A stretch of 64,000 nt of DNA. It comes from Octopus sinensis (Eukaryota). Positions 38,744 to 51,619 of this stretch are shown piece by piece. The position numbers were made by a program, and so were the translations under genes. The stretch lies in assembly GCF_006345805.1 (NCBI RefSeq), contig NC_043002.1:15376001-15440000 (forward strand), written 5' to 3'. The notes beneath the pieces are model-generated. The model ran no database searches. It was not told the DNA's origin and saw nothing but the letters and a program-made list of their open reading frames with translations. Within the stretch, counting starts at the first letter, position 1. Each line of letters opens with the position of its first letter.

Positions 38744-38745
<2 letters not shown>
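38424..38745. mobile_element. Penelope-like terminal fragment with fold-back (related to 51385 and 52613 termini)
   Basis: Inverted arms about 38490-38618 and 38625-38745; tattaggga...tccaaa...aaaaccactatt shared with 51385 and 52613. Confidence 0.75.
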
Positions 38746-38798
<53 letters not shown>

Positions 38799-40280
38799 GT
38801 GTGTGTGTGTGTGTGTATGTGTGTGTGTGTATGTATGTATGTATTTTTCAACATTATTCTTTAATTGAAACGATGACTCCATTCAAGGTTAAATAAGGCA
38901 GGTATATTATAATATTAAGAAGATAACTGTGGGTAAAACGTCCCTTTCAGTAAATAATTTAAACCATCACACGATATTTAGAAACGTGAAACTTGGTTGA
39001 ATAATTACCAGTTTTCAATATAAAATGTAGTGTGGTGGATGTGTTCGATTATAAATTCCTTAAAGACGTTGTCCTGTATGAATGTTGTCCAATGATTGAA
39101 AAATATAAAAGAAAATAAAGAAAGCAAATATGAACAAATCATGTGAATCTTAAACTAATTTAGAATAAAAGTAGGCTGGCGTAGGCTCTGTAGTGGAGTT
39201 ACAAATTTATTGATTTGACATATGTCAAATCAGTCCATCTTGGGTAAATTATCGAACTGCAAACGCCTAAGTGATAACGTGAAGTGTGTGAGTATGGAAT
39301 TCGGTGTTCATAAGACGCACTGTTTTGTAAATATACTTGATAGTGGCCTGAATAAGATTAATTGTTTGGAAATTGACAGCTCGGTTCAAGTGAAGATTCT
39401 AGACTTATGATAGTATTTTGGGAGAAAATGCTAAACTAGTAGAGATATCATTTGGTTCATTAGGTATATATAATCCAGTGGAAATATATATTAATACCAC
39501 ATCTAACATTTAGTTATCAAGTATTAAACTATTAAAAAGAATAAGGATTTAACGTACCGTATATAAGTTGGTATTCTATGGATATGAACCTACACCAGTT
39601 TATGTTGTCGGGTAACTAAGTATATATTCCGAAAACTAACAGACAATTTTGTGAATATCACTAATATCTTATAATTCTAGTTGAGACTCCATTCATACAT
39701 ACAATCAAAATGTCGGACATTATGATTCATGAAAATGCATCAATTGATGTGATAAAATTAAAAAGAATTGTAGTAGTTATTTAATAATAAAATTGAAATA
39801 ATGATTTTACCAAGATTTCCGAAATGCCAAATAGTTTACTATATTATGTTATGCGTAATTACTATTTGAGGAATTTTTGTATGGAACACTGAAAGGAATT
39901 TAATATCTAAATGTCACAATAATTATTACATTTAAGTTAAAATATGAAAATGTCAGACGTATTTAAATTCGTATCGATTATGCAATCACAACATTTCTCA
40001 AATAAATAATCGAGATTTTATATAATTATCATTCACGTGAATACCTGCCGATAGGAAAATTTTGGCAGATGAACTACAATAGGTCGAAAATAGGACTGTC
40101 GGTATTGATTTAAAATCTGTGATGATCTTGACGTAGCGTGCAGAAAGTTGTAGCGCCTAAAGATTTACGTATTCTATGTTATCTTTTGTTGGAAATTTTA
40201 CGAGCACACGTAATGAAGAATTTAGAAATGTCAGAGACTTAGAATTAGCTTGCCTGTGCAAGTTCGTTCAGTCCAAACCT

Positions 40281-40297
40281 CGTCATCCCTGACGTCA
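40281..40297. promoter_or_regulatory. Full CRE site plus adjacent half site
   Basis: CGTCA at 40281-40285, TGACGTCA at 40290-40297. Confidence 0.2.
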
Positions 40298-41490
40298 TTA
40301 GTTTTCAGGAATCATCGAGGGAGAATACGAATCGTTTATGGACCTTATTCACGATGGCATTACAGCGCACCGGATCCAAATCACTGATGTGGGGCTCCAC
40401 CTATTAGATGAACTTAATAGTATTCGATGTTTTATCATATCACTTGATACTATTGCACACAAATCTCTTTTGCAGTATAGGCAAATATTAATCTCCCCCA
40501 CAACCACATATATGCTCTGAAGTCAAATACCTTCATTGTCAACACACATGAATGTCATAATATTTTAAAACATCTTTAATTATTAAATCCACGACAAACT
40601 ATTGCAGGCATCCTAACCACTATATCGTTTGGTTCCTGTGGAAGATATGTTAATAAATTGAACACTAAAATGTAAATCTACCAAATGTGTTCAAAAACCC
40701 CGTGATGTTTACTCAGTAGTAAATAGCAGATCTTGGTAAGATCAACCTAGTTGCTACCTGCATAACTGTTCGGAACGTCTTAACGAAGAAAAAAATCAGA
40801 AAGGAAATGAGCAATCATTTACACGAATGATTATGTGACATTCTTGGCCACAGCCTTTGAGCTGAAATATATAAAGGAAAAATAGATATATTTGAAGAGT
40901 TTTATTCTTTTTAAATGCAGAGTATTTCCGGCATGTAGCAGAATGTTTGAATGGAATCGATCAAAGAATCTTGGTCATCAGCTGACGTTTCCTGTGCGCT
41001 GGATATATTTAATTAGATCATCAGAAAACATGGTTTACATCAAACGGTGTTATTCTCCACTATAGGATTCATCAGATAATGAAAAATAAAGCAATTACCT
41101 TTATTTATGATAGTGAGATAAACATTAACCCATCTTGTTTTATACGATAACAACGCAATAATTAATATTAATCCCCTTTATCAATTATCCATCAGCTAAT
41201 TAGACTGAACAGTGAAATACACTTTCGAGGAAGTTTTGCCATATTTCATTTATTTATTTATTCTCTTTCAGTTTTATCAATCATTTCAGTGCGGTCATGT
41301 GAAGCACCGCCTTGAACGCTTTAATCGTAGAAAAAGGCTTCTTGTACATCTTTAATTTTCAGTCTGATAGTGACTCAATCGTTTTCTTTGGTCAAAATAT
41401 CAGCGATTGTTAAGCAGTGCTGGAGAAAAATAGACACTACGGCATACACATATTTATGCATACATATATACATTCATACATATACATGCA

Positions 41491-41540
<50 letters not shown>

Positions 41541-41594
41541 CAAACATAATACATACATATATATATATATATTATATATATATATATATTATTG

Positions 41595-41717
41595 AAGTAG
41601 ATAAATGAATTATCTTATTACGGATAATTCAAATGATAACCGATACCTGGGTAGCAAAAATCACAACAGAAAGAGCACGGTTGAAGCTACGACCATGGGG
41701 CATAACGTCCGTGCCTT
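41595..41717. repeat. Unclassified (TA)n-flanked repeat X, copy 2
   Basis: Similar to 6311-6430. Confidence 0.7.
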
Positions 41718-41840
41718 AGAGCCTCAACAGTGAATTTGATATACGGAAGCCTGACTTCTATATGTTTGAATGTGTGTGTGTGCCTGTGTATACGTGTGTT
41801 GGTGTGCTGTATGAATGTTTTATTTGTATGTATGTATATA

Positions 41841-41887
<47 letters not shown>

Positions 41888-42296
41888 GTGTAGGAAAGAA
41901 TGGAGCTGAACGAAGATTTAACAAAATTCCTTTATTTTACTTTCGACCTATGTTTCGAAGTCTGCAAAGTCCCTAATTCCGATTGAATAAGGAGTCCATT
42001 TTGCAGCTTTCTCTTCAGGAAAATCCAGGAACTTAATTCTCAAACAAAATGCACAGCAAGCTTTTCGACAAACGCTCACTAGGTCATTAATTTCATGGGC
42101 TCCTCCTGAGCGTTTGTCGAAAAGCTTGCTGTGCATTTTGTTTGAGAATTAAGTTCCTGGATTCTCCTGAAGAGAAGCTGCAAAATGGACTCCTTATTCA
42201 ATCGGAATTAGGGACTTTGCAGACTTCGAAATATATGTCTAAAATAAAATAAAGGAATTTTGTTAAATCTTCGTTCAACTCCATTCTTTCCTACAC

Positions 42297-42376
<80 letters not shown>

Positions 42377-42480
42377 AAACATATATACAGCACACCAACA
42401 CACATATACACACGCACACACACACATTCAAACATATACAAGTCAGGCTTCCGTATATCAAATTCCCTGTTGAGGTTCTG
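41718..42480. repeat. About 760-bp imperfect palindrome: central Penelope-like fold-back (41885-42300) plus (TA)n plus inverted unique flanks
   Basis: Arms meet at a 28-bp spacer (42079-42106); outer arms 41718-41840 and 42370-42480 are reverse complements. Confidence 0.9.
41939..42024 (-). ncRNA. Type I hammerhead ribozyme motif with long helix II
   Basis: AUUUUC-CUGAAGA-GAAAGCUGCAAA...UUUGCAGACUUC-GAAA-CAUAGG-UC-GAAAGU: 6-bp helix I, intact core, GUC cleavage triplet; plus-arm copy 42161-42245 is more degenerate. Confidence 0.7.
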
Positions 42481-43875
42481 GTTGCTTTGAGTTATAGTAG
42501 GAGACATTTGCGCAAGTTGCTGCGTAGTATGCGTAAAACAGTAACCACCTGTTTGCAACGAAGGCCTCGTATCTGCAGAGCTACGCCTGTGTTTATTTCT
42601 CTGATTTCAATTCCAGTAAATTCATTACTCTTTTCCTAGAAAAGTTACCAATGAATTATACGTTTAATAAACAGGTAAAATACTGCAGCTACGTTAGTGA
42701 ATGATACAACTAAAAAATATGTAACGACACGTAAAACGTAATCTTTGAGGCAATATGTGTAAATTTAGGACATGGAATTGAACTTTTTTCAACAGAGAAA
42801 TTCATCCTAAGATGGGAAACTTCTTCATTTTTCACACCAGAAGATTTGGTACACAGAACGAATATTCAGAAAATGTTAGTGCTGCAGATCACTAAACGTA
42901 GCAGGCTCATAATGTTTTGCTACTAAATACGCTGAAGCAGTGAAAATAGTCGAATTTTTGATTATAACTGATAAGTACCTGAAGAGATATTGGAAGATGT
43001 GACTTTAAGATGTGTTACACTGTGAGTAGGTTTAGCAAATTCTCAGTAAAACCATTCAAATGTATGTTATTACAGTTTGAATACAACCCTCTCGTTCCTG
43101 GCAGGCATCAAATTTAATAACGACCTAAATGTTCTTGTGAATAAAGCATGGCATAGATTTTTGAGTTGCATTGGCTTGGTAATTTTGCTTCCAAAAGTTT
43201 TGTGTCACAGAATTCAAAAGTTCAAAATTTGTGAAGCTCTCGTACTGCAGCAATTTGTGGGTTGGATATGATATTATTTATGAAAATATATTACACAAAT
43301 ATGAAATGGGAAACCCAAAATTTAAAGCGTATTGACACTGCTCTTACGATTGGCGAAATAAACATTCCACGAACACAAAATATTTCGAAAATACAGAGAA
43401 AGTATCAACACTTCTAGGCTGAGATGAGTTTTGATATCTCCCAGGACTATGAAAACGAAAAACACTACAAATAATAGGAAAAAAACTGCAGAAACACTCA
43501 TAGATGCAAGGAGTCTCAAGCAGAAAAGTTGTTGAAAAATATTACTTCAAATTCCATCCGAACTGAAATGTCTTTATTTTGAGTGGTTCCATGACCAGAA
43601 GGAACTTGAGTAAAGTATTGCAAATGAATCGTGTGTCTCCTTGCACAAGAAGCATTTTCCAAAGTTGGTGAAACGAGGTCAAAGTTTAACAGAAATTACA
43701 GAGAATATTAAGGCAAATTCTAGAAAGTTTACGGTAATATTCCATCAATCAACCCAGGCAATTATTCGTACATAACTTCATGTATTTCAAAACTGAGACT
43801 GAGACAGAATATCAGCAGAAATATTATACAATCTCTTCACTACGACTCATAGACCAAACGTCTGTTTTTTCTTAC

Positions 43876-44007
43876 CTTTGTGTATCATTATTTATGAATG
43901 ACAAAAGAGGACATACATGGAAATGAACGATGTGTGGGAGTTGCCAGCATGAAATCCCAGTCTTTATAAACCCTCAACATCACTAGGATACCCTGGTGGA
44001 TTTCTAG
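43876..44007 (-). other. Candidate exon (non-coding/UTR or terminal)
   Basis: ttgattttgttttggttcttcAG acceptor and AAG|GTAAGA donor, 132 bp; no frame open end to end. Confidence 0.35.
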
Positions 44008-44136
44008 CTGAAGAACCAAAACAAAATCAACATAAAGATCGGTGCAGATAAGAAGGCGTAACTAATAAACATGTCACAACATGAACAACTTCATGTAATA
44101 AAGAAACAAGGATTTATGGGATGAAAATAAGATATA

Positions 44137-44426
44137 TTGGGTTGTGCGGAAAAAAGGTCAATAAATAATTGCTATTACCTTTTTAATCTCCCAAATATAA
44201 AACATTTTGTTGCACATATTTCCTTTAACTTGAAAATAACCTATTCCCAGAATTGATGTGGTTTCATGGTAAATAATTCATCAAGGTATCTTTTTACGTC
44301 ATCCACGAAAAGATAGCTTAAACCCTGCTCGAAATAGAGGTGTAGTAAAATCATATTTTATGGATTCAACCATGTTCTAAAATAAGTCGAAACTTTAAAT
44401 GGGCACGAACTTTCCGAACAACCCAA
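44137..44426 (-). mobile_element. 290-bp MITE-like deletion derivative of the mariner at 23469-24170
   Basis: TA-flanked TIRs; internal pieces are reverse complements of about 23645-23735 and 23980-24090. Confidence 0.88.
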
Positions 44427-44764
44427 TACAACAATAACAGCAAATGCATCCCAACACAGCGGACATAAAAGTTCCAGTCATTAGAACTACCAATTTACGG
44501 AAGAATGTAGTAACGTCATTGGAAACAGGATTGAATATTGGTGAATAAATACACATCAGTAATATTGAAGTGAATATAGCGAAACCTGAAATCGCACGCT
44601 CTAATCTACCGAATCAACCACGTCGTGTCAAAATGCGCCTTTGTTTTCATGAGGACTCAAGACACCCGATGGCAGGCTGTTAGCTACATCGACGGCCTAA
44701 GTAGCTGATTATAACCTCTAGTCGAGAACACTAACAATTCGTGTGTGTGTGTATTTGTTTGTGC

Positions 44765-44806
<42 letters not shown>

Positions 44807-44857
44807 ATGTCTGTTTAATCATATGTTTATGTATGCATGTGTACACACACACACACA

Positions 44858-44904
<47 letters not shown>

Positions 44905-46399
44905 GTATTATGTATCTCTACTTTATTTCCATGTTCCCTGTAACCTTTTCGTGCTTTTTATGACTTACTAAATGTGTCTACTTATTTTCCTGTTTTCACC
45001 AACTTTTATATCATAGATTTGTCGCTGAATATACATTTTCTTAAATGCTATGTACAACCTCCCTATCATTTCAAGCGGGTAGAGATTTATCAAAGCTGCA
45101 CAAGGAGGATTTTACATAAAGCTCGTAGCTACAACTACTTAAATATGTAAATAACAATATATTAATCATGTTAAGTGTTTTGTATTATCTTCTCAGGAAT
45201 TCACTTATGAATGGTGGTTGGATATTGTCATGCAATTATTTCTGAAACATAACTACACGCATATGTACGTACGTACTTCTATATCCATGCTTGTATGTAT
45301 GTATGTATGTATGTATGTATGTATGTATGTATGTATGTATGTATGTATGCATGTATGTCTGTCTGTATGTATGTATGTATGTATGATGGATGGATGGATG
45401 GATGGATGGATGGATATATGTTTGTATGCATGCATGTATATTTGTAGGTATATATAATGTATGTGAATATTTCTCTTACATTCAAGATAAGCGTTATGGC
45501 ATTACCTTGGAAATAGCCCAATAATGTAAAATCCAATTAAGAACGCAAAAAATATTTATACGATCGTAAATTTAAAATAATGCATTTAAAATAATATAAG
45601 AAAAAAGCGACATCTATCAATTCTTTTTACCGTTTGAGGCATAAAAGAAATGTATTTCATTAATGACACATGAAAGATACTTATTTAATTAAAATCATGT
45701 TACCATTAATTTACTTAATTAATATCATAACACTACTTCATATTAAACGACCTCCCTCTGTCAATAAGTAATCAGATGTTTCATTGAATACTCATTAAAA
45801 TTGCGTAACCCTTCAATAAAATATACAAACATCTATAAACATTTCACCGTGTTATTTGTTTTTTAACTGTCAATCTCAGAACATATAATAAAGAAATAAT
45901 GTAAGAATGAATTATATAATTAAATAATGTTAGTATTGGGTAATTTTATATTATATAACAGCTAGGCTATAAATTGCAACCATAAGCCAAAAAACATTGT
46001 GATATATTTAGTGACTAAAGAAATAAAATAATCAAAAATGAACAATTAAAAATTAAAAACGTGCAACAAACATGTTTGAGGATACTATGGAAATTGTACA
46101 ACCCCCACTGTATCCATCATTATAACTAATCTTCAAAGAAGTCTCGATTTTAAAGGGCGAACATATATTTTATTATTTTTCAAATATTTTGAAACTGCAT
46201 CAAATTGTGCTTAAGCATGATAAATTAAAATTTAGATCCTAAAACACTTTAAAAATAATAATTGAAAGTGCATTTTATTAACACTATGTCATATATCAAT
46301 AGTTTGATGAAAGTAAACAGTGTTTCTAATTAATAATTTAATGCATAACATACCTTCGTATGAGCTTTCGAAATGTAGCTCTTTAAGTTAATTATTAAG

Positions 46400-46489
46400 G
46401 TAATAAGAACGGGTCATTTGAAGAATCAGAAGAATGAAAGCGTCTCCTTCAAGAAGCCGCACCCAAGATTCTTTATACAACACTTCGCA
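46400..46489 (+). other. Candidate 90-bp in-frame exon (VIRTGHLKNQKNESVSFKKPHPRFFIQHFA)
   Basis: Weak AAG acceptor, GCA|GTGAGT donor, phase 0-0 open frame. Confidence 0.25.
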
Positions 46490-46596
46490 GTGAGTCACTT
46501 TCCACCTAATTAATTTACGTGTTTCCTAAATTTTATTCCATTTGCCACTGACACAGCTTTCTACCACCTTATCAATATGTATAAAAGCAGTAAGGT

Positions 46597-47172
46597 GGCC
46601 AGGCGAAATGCTTAGCGGTATTTTGTCTGCCGCTACGTTCTGAGTTCAAATTCAGTCGAGGTCGACTTTGCCTTTCATCATTTCGGGGTCGATGAAATAA
46701 GTACCAGTTACGCATTGGGGTCGATGTATTCGACTTAATCTGTTTGTCTCTCCTGTTTTGTCCCTTCTGTGTTTAGCCCCTTGTGGATAGTAAAGAAATA
46801 GGTATTTCGTCTTCCGTTACGTTCTGAGTTCAAATTTCGCCGAGGTCGACTTTGCCTTTCATCCTTTCGGGTCGATAAATAAATTAAGTACCAGTTACAC
46901 ACTGGGGTCGATATAATCGACTTAATCCCTTTGTGTTTCCCTTCTCTGTATAGCCCCTTATGGGCAATAAAGAAATAAGAAACGTTAGTATGCCAGGCGA
47001 AATGCTTACCGGTATTTCGTGTGTCCTTACGTTCTGAGTTCAAATTCCGCCGACGTTGACTTTGCCTTTCATCTTTTCTGAGTCGATAAATTATGTAACA
47101 GTTGCTTACTGGGGTCGATCTAATCGACAAGCCCCTCCCCAAAGTTTAGGGCCTTGTACCTAGAGTAGAAAG
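46597..47172 (+). mobile_element. Tandem trimer of SINE family 2
   Basis: Three head-to-tail units (junctions about 46801 and 46980); third has the alternative tail. Confidence 0.9.
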
Positions 47173-47470
47173 AAACATATATAAGAGCAGTATAGCCAAA
47201 TATTTTAGAAGTTTGTTTGCAATTACAGCCTCTTTGTTTTCGTTACACTGCATAGTATTCAAACAGAACATATTTTTATATTTTTTTTGCATCGCTCCGA
47301 GAAATTATTTAGAAAGGAATTAGTTAGGTGGAGACAGTGTGACATCGTAGTTGTGAGATTCCACTTGTACTTCATAGATCCAGGCTTATTATGAGATGTG
47401 GCGTTCATTCATTATTGGCGGTTGTCTGCCAGCTTCTGATTTGACTGCAAGGAAAAGCCACATTTAAATA

Positions 47471-47536
47471 TATACAACACTATGATATATATATAATGAG
47501 TACCTGTATGTGTTGGTATATGTGTGTGTCTGTGTG

Positions 47537-47570
<34 letters not shown>

Positions 47571-47685
47571 TATATAATATATATATATATATATATATAC
47601 AACACCATGATATATATATAATGAGTACCTGTATGTGTTGGTATATGTGTCTGTCTGTGTGTATATATATATATACACACACAAA
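47471..47685. repeat. 125-bp direct tandem duplication
   Basis: tatacaacac(t/c)atgatatatatataatgagtacctgtatgtgttgg at 47471 and 47596. Confidence 0.9.
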
Positions 47686-47688
47686 CAC

Positions 47689-48294
47689 GCGGAATTCTGT
47701 TCTTGATTCGACGGCCATTCGGAATGCTCACAGCAGCCATATTCCTACTGCTCTATGTCACGCTGGTGAGACCCATATTGGAGTACGGGATTCAAGCCTC
47801 TTCTCCTTATCTCTTCAAAGACATACAGTATCTCGAAAGAGTCCAGAAGCTGGCTACCCGCATGGTTCATGGTCTCAAAAATTTGTCCTATGAAGAAAGG
47901 CTGAGGACGCTCGACCTTTGTTCTCTTGAAAAACGCCGCCGCCGTGGTGATCTCATTCTCGCCCACAACATCATAAGCGGAAAGTGTAACCTCTCGAAAG
48001 AGCTGTTCTTCACTCCTGCTCCAGAGCGTCGGCTGCGGGGTCATTCCGAAAAGCTCTACCTGCGACGATTTCATCTCAATCGAAGGAGAGGAGCTTTCTC
48101 CGTCCGGGTTGCGGATCCGTGGAACAAGCTGCCAGACGAGATGGTGAAGATGCCGACGGCCGCTTTGTTCAAAGCCTCCCTTGACCTCAAGTGGCCTGAA
48201 CTTTTTACATGAACACCACCCTGTACTTAACTCCATGTCCCCCTACATGGCCTTTCTATTTGCTTTTGAGCCAAATTAACTAACTAACTAACTA

Positions 48295-48297
<3 letters not shown>
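47689..48297 (+). mobile_element. 5'-truncated CR1-clade LINE 3' end with (TAAC)n tail
   Basis: Open frame 47703-48212: LYVTLVRPILEYG, LERVQKLATRMV, LSYEERL, RRRRGDLI, LRGHSEKL, FSVRVADPWNKLP. Confidence 0.92.
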
Positions 48298-48345
<48 letters not shown>

Positions 48346-48353
48346 GATGTGTA

Positions 48354-49573
48354 CAGAGTGCGTAAGGTATTTAAGGACATAATCTTTGGGGTCATTGCTC
48401 CGTTTCTGCTAACTCTATTTAATCTTTGTTTCAGAATATAATAACGGTAGACTCTCAGCTTACAACAAGAAATGAAAGACATGCTGTTATTGCGGTTATA
48501 AAGGCTGAGCATAGTGATTTAGAAATATCTCGTTTATTGGAAGTTCCAGATCTTTCGTGTACAAAGTTTGTAAGGAGCTGGAGACTGAAGAGGGAAACGT
48601 ATCACCAGTATCAATGCACACCAAACATTTTAAACGCCCTGTAATCATCATCAGAACACCTGAAGTTATCCAGCAAGTTCAACAGACCAATAATTACAAT
48701 TCCAGAAAGTCCATGATGTCAATGGCAAAAGATGTCCATGCGACAGAATAAACAGTCAGAAATGTTGTCCACGAATACATCATTATATGATGAAGGAAGA
48801 TCAATTTTACAAAAGAGAAAAAAAAGTAAATCAAAACATCAGATCTAAAAGGTTCTTAAACAAACTAAAAAAATCCAGCAGAAAATGATTTGATTTGGTT
48901 TTACTCAAACGGGAAATACTTCGACCAAAATCAAAATGTTAACAAGAGAAATGGGAGATGGCCATATGCAGCGCTTTCTTAATTTGCAAGTGTTATGCAT
49001 ACAATATTTCCTGCAACTGGTTTTGGGTTTGTCAGCAATGAAGGACATGATGGCTCTTTCCCTCCACAAGATGTTAGAGGTCTTAGAAATAATTGTTAAG
49101 CCCTAGATGGGTAGTGTATGCAAAGGAAGGCTATAATTATTTCGGAAAGACTCTGAATTATTAAAGATGTCTCTAATAACATAGGAATGGGTGCCTGAAA
49201 ATTTTCATGATCACATAATCCCTAACATTTGGATTCCTAATTCCCCAGATCTCACTCCATTGGATTATTACATGTCGAGCGTTGTTGAGAGATACGTCAA
49301 TCAACAAGCCCATAGCACCAAAGCTATTTTGAAATCTTCCATAGTCAGAGTAATGTCCAAAATGAACCAGGACCACTTGATTCGATCATGTAGTTAAGTT
49401 AGAATTCATATTTAAGCAGTTGCTGAAGCTGAAGGTGGCTTTATTGACTAACATTATAGAAAGGTAGGTTTATTTTTATGCTCATAGCATTTTGTGAAAG
49501 GGAAAAATTATCTGTTATTATATATCTATTTTTTATAAAGTTAAATATGTCTTCAAACATCTTAAGCACCCTG
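48354..49573 (+). mobile_element. Full-length but decayed DD37D/maT-type Tc1/mariner transposon
   Basis: TA TSD, about 30-bp imperfect TIRs cagagtgcgtaaggtattt / cagggtgcttaagatgttt; WIPNSPDLTPLDYYM. Confidence 0.9.
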
Positions 49574-50992
49574 TATATGCAAAATATACATATTATATTT
49601 GTTCCCATCTTTGTGTGTGTGCCTGTGTGCTTGAGTGTGTGCGTGCATTCGTGTGTTAGCGTGAGTGTCCGTCTGTACATCAGTGTGTGTGTGTGTGTTT
49701 GTGTGTGTGTGTGCATTGTGTGTGCTCGCGTCGCTGTATGAATATGCCTGCAGTGTTATTTCTTAAATATGTTTGTTTACTGCAACTTAAATACAAATAC
49801 ATGCTGTTCTTCATGTTGAGCATTCTCTGCTTGTCCGACGTAGCGTATGTATATATGATGGTGGCGGATATCAGAAACGTATGTTTAAATACGATATGTG
49901 TATGTAAAATAAAATACTTACAATTTTATAGATGTCTTGGTATATATACGTCTTTGTGTACATATACATATATACATAAGTATATATTATATATATAGAT
50001 ATATATATATATAATATATTATATATATATATATATATATACATATACAGATATACATAAGTATATATATATAATATATATATATATATATCTATATATA
50101 CATATACATATATCTATCTATATATATATATATATACATATCTGTCTATCTCTCTCTCTCTCTCTCTCTCCCTGTATATATATATATATATATAATACAT
50201 ATCTATCTATCTATCTATCTATATATATATATATATATATAATATATATATATATATACACAGAGTTGTGTGTGTGCATATGTGTGAATCTATATGTATG
50301 TATATGAACGTATACTTATATACATATGTGTGTGTGTCTTGTAGTTATATGTATGTATATATTTATGTATATCTCCAGACCTGTAAACTTGAATTCCTAC
50401 ACACGAAAAAAGGGAAAATTAAATTATAGATTCTATAGTTCTTTTCGTAAATCTAGAAGTCGATATAAAATTTCGGTAGCTCTAAGCAGGAATTGCATTG
50501 TTATTATGGAACCTTTGAAGTGTATTTGCAGGTCGTTATACGAATGCCAGGGTTGTTTGTGCCCTGCACATTTCATATAACCGAACTACCATGTTCTTAT
50601 TGGTGCAGGTGAATCGGTACATTAATTTCAGTTATAGAAATCTTACTGCAGGTAATAAATAATGGAAGAATATTAAAGTTATACTTCGGATTCTCTTTAT
50701 ATATTCTCTGTAATTGAGAACCATCGGGTTTATTACCGTCAACTGCAATAGAATCAGCTTCACAATCAGTAGGAGAAGCAGGAAGGAGACGATCTCAACT
50801 TCTCTATCTTTAAAGAAGGCTGTACGTGTATTTCGATTTCAACAATTTATAAGACGATATACATATGTTTAACATACATATAACTGCGTACATAAATTCA
50901 TACATACACACACGCAATACACACATACACATATATATACATATGTATACATACACACACGCAATACACACACACAAATATATATACATATG

Positions 50993-51027
<35 letters not shown>

Positions 51028-51028
<1 letters not shown>

Positions 51029-51367
51029 AAGGGTAAAGACCCCCTTCGGTCAGGCACTGACCATGGGTTTGCACCTAGAGAGATACCCTCTGAGGAACAA
51101 GTCTGGGCAAGGTGTTTATGGAAGACCAGCAGTCGCCCATGCATACGGCCTCCCCTCTCCACGTCACCGATGTTGTCCAGGGGAAAGGCAAGGGCCGCGA
51201 TACAGCTTGGCACCTGTGACGTCGCAACTCATTCTAACAGCTGAGTGAACTGGAGCAACGTGAAATAAAGTGCCTTGCTCAAGAACACAACACGCAGCCC
51301 CGTCCGGGATTCGAGCTCACAACCTCACGATCGTAAGCTCGACGCTCTAACCACTGAGCATGCGCCT
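51028..51367 (-). mobile_element. tRNA-derived CORE-type SINE (family 5)
   Basis: Head ggcgcatgctcagtggttagagc...tcgaatccc; CORE-like cttgagcaaggcactttatttcacgttgctccagttcactcagctg. Confidence 0.85.
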
Positions 51368-51384
51368 ATATATAATTAATATAT

Positions 51385-51619
51385 ATATAATAAATATTAG
51401 GGAATAAATCCAAATTACAGGGGAAAAATCAGATTTAGGATTAAATCCAATTTTATAGTAAAATATTATATAATATTATTAGAGACAAAACCACTATTTT
51501 GCAAACAAACAAGGAAAGACTTAATCAATACATAAAATTTTAATAAAATTTTATGTATTGATTAAGTCTTTCCTTGTTTGTTTTGCAAATAGTGGTTTTG
51601 TCTCTAATAATATTATATA
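51385..51619. mobile_element. Penelope-like terminal fragment with fold-back; same terminus as 52613-52770
   Basis: Inverted arms 51466-51541 and 51545-51619; (TA)n both sides. Confidence 0.8.

Noticed and set aside
40311-40520. Exon after gttttcAG (GIIEGEYESFMDLIHDG...)
   Set aside because: Several frames partly open, no donor, no recognisable protein
46400-46489. Myosin motor exon (FFIQHFA resembles the myosin F-x-I-x-H-F/Y-A motif)
   Set aside because: Short motif, weak acceptor, and no other myosin motifs found in the window
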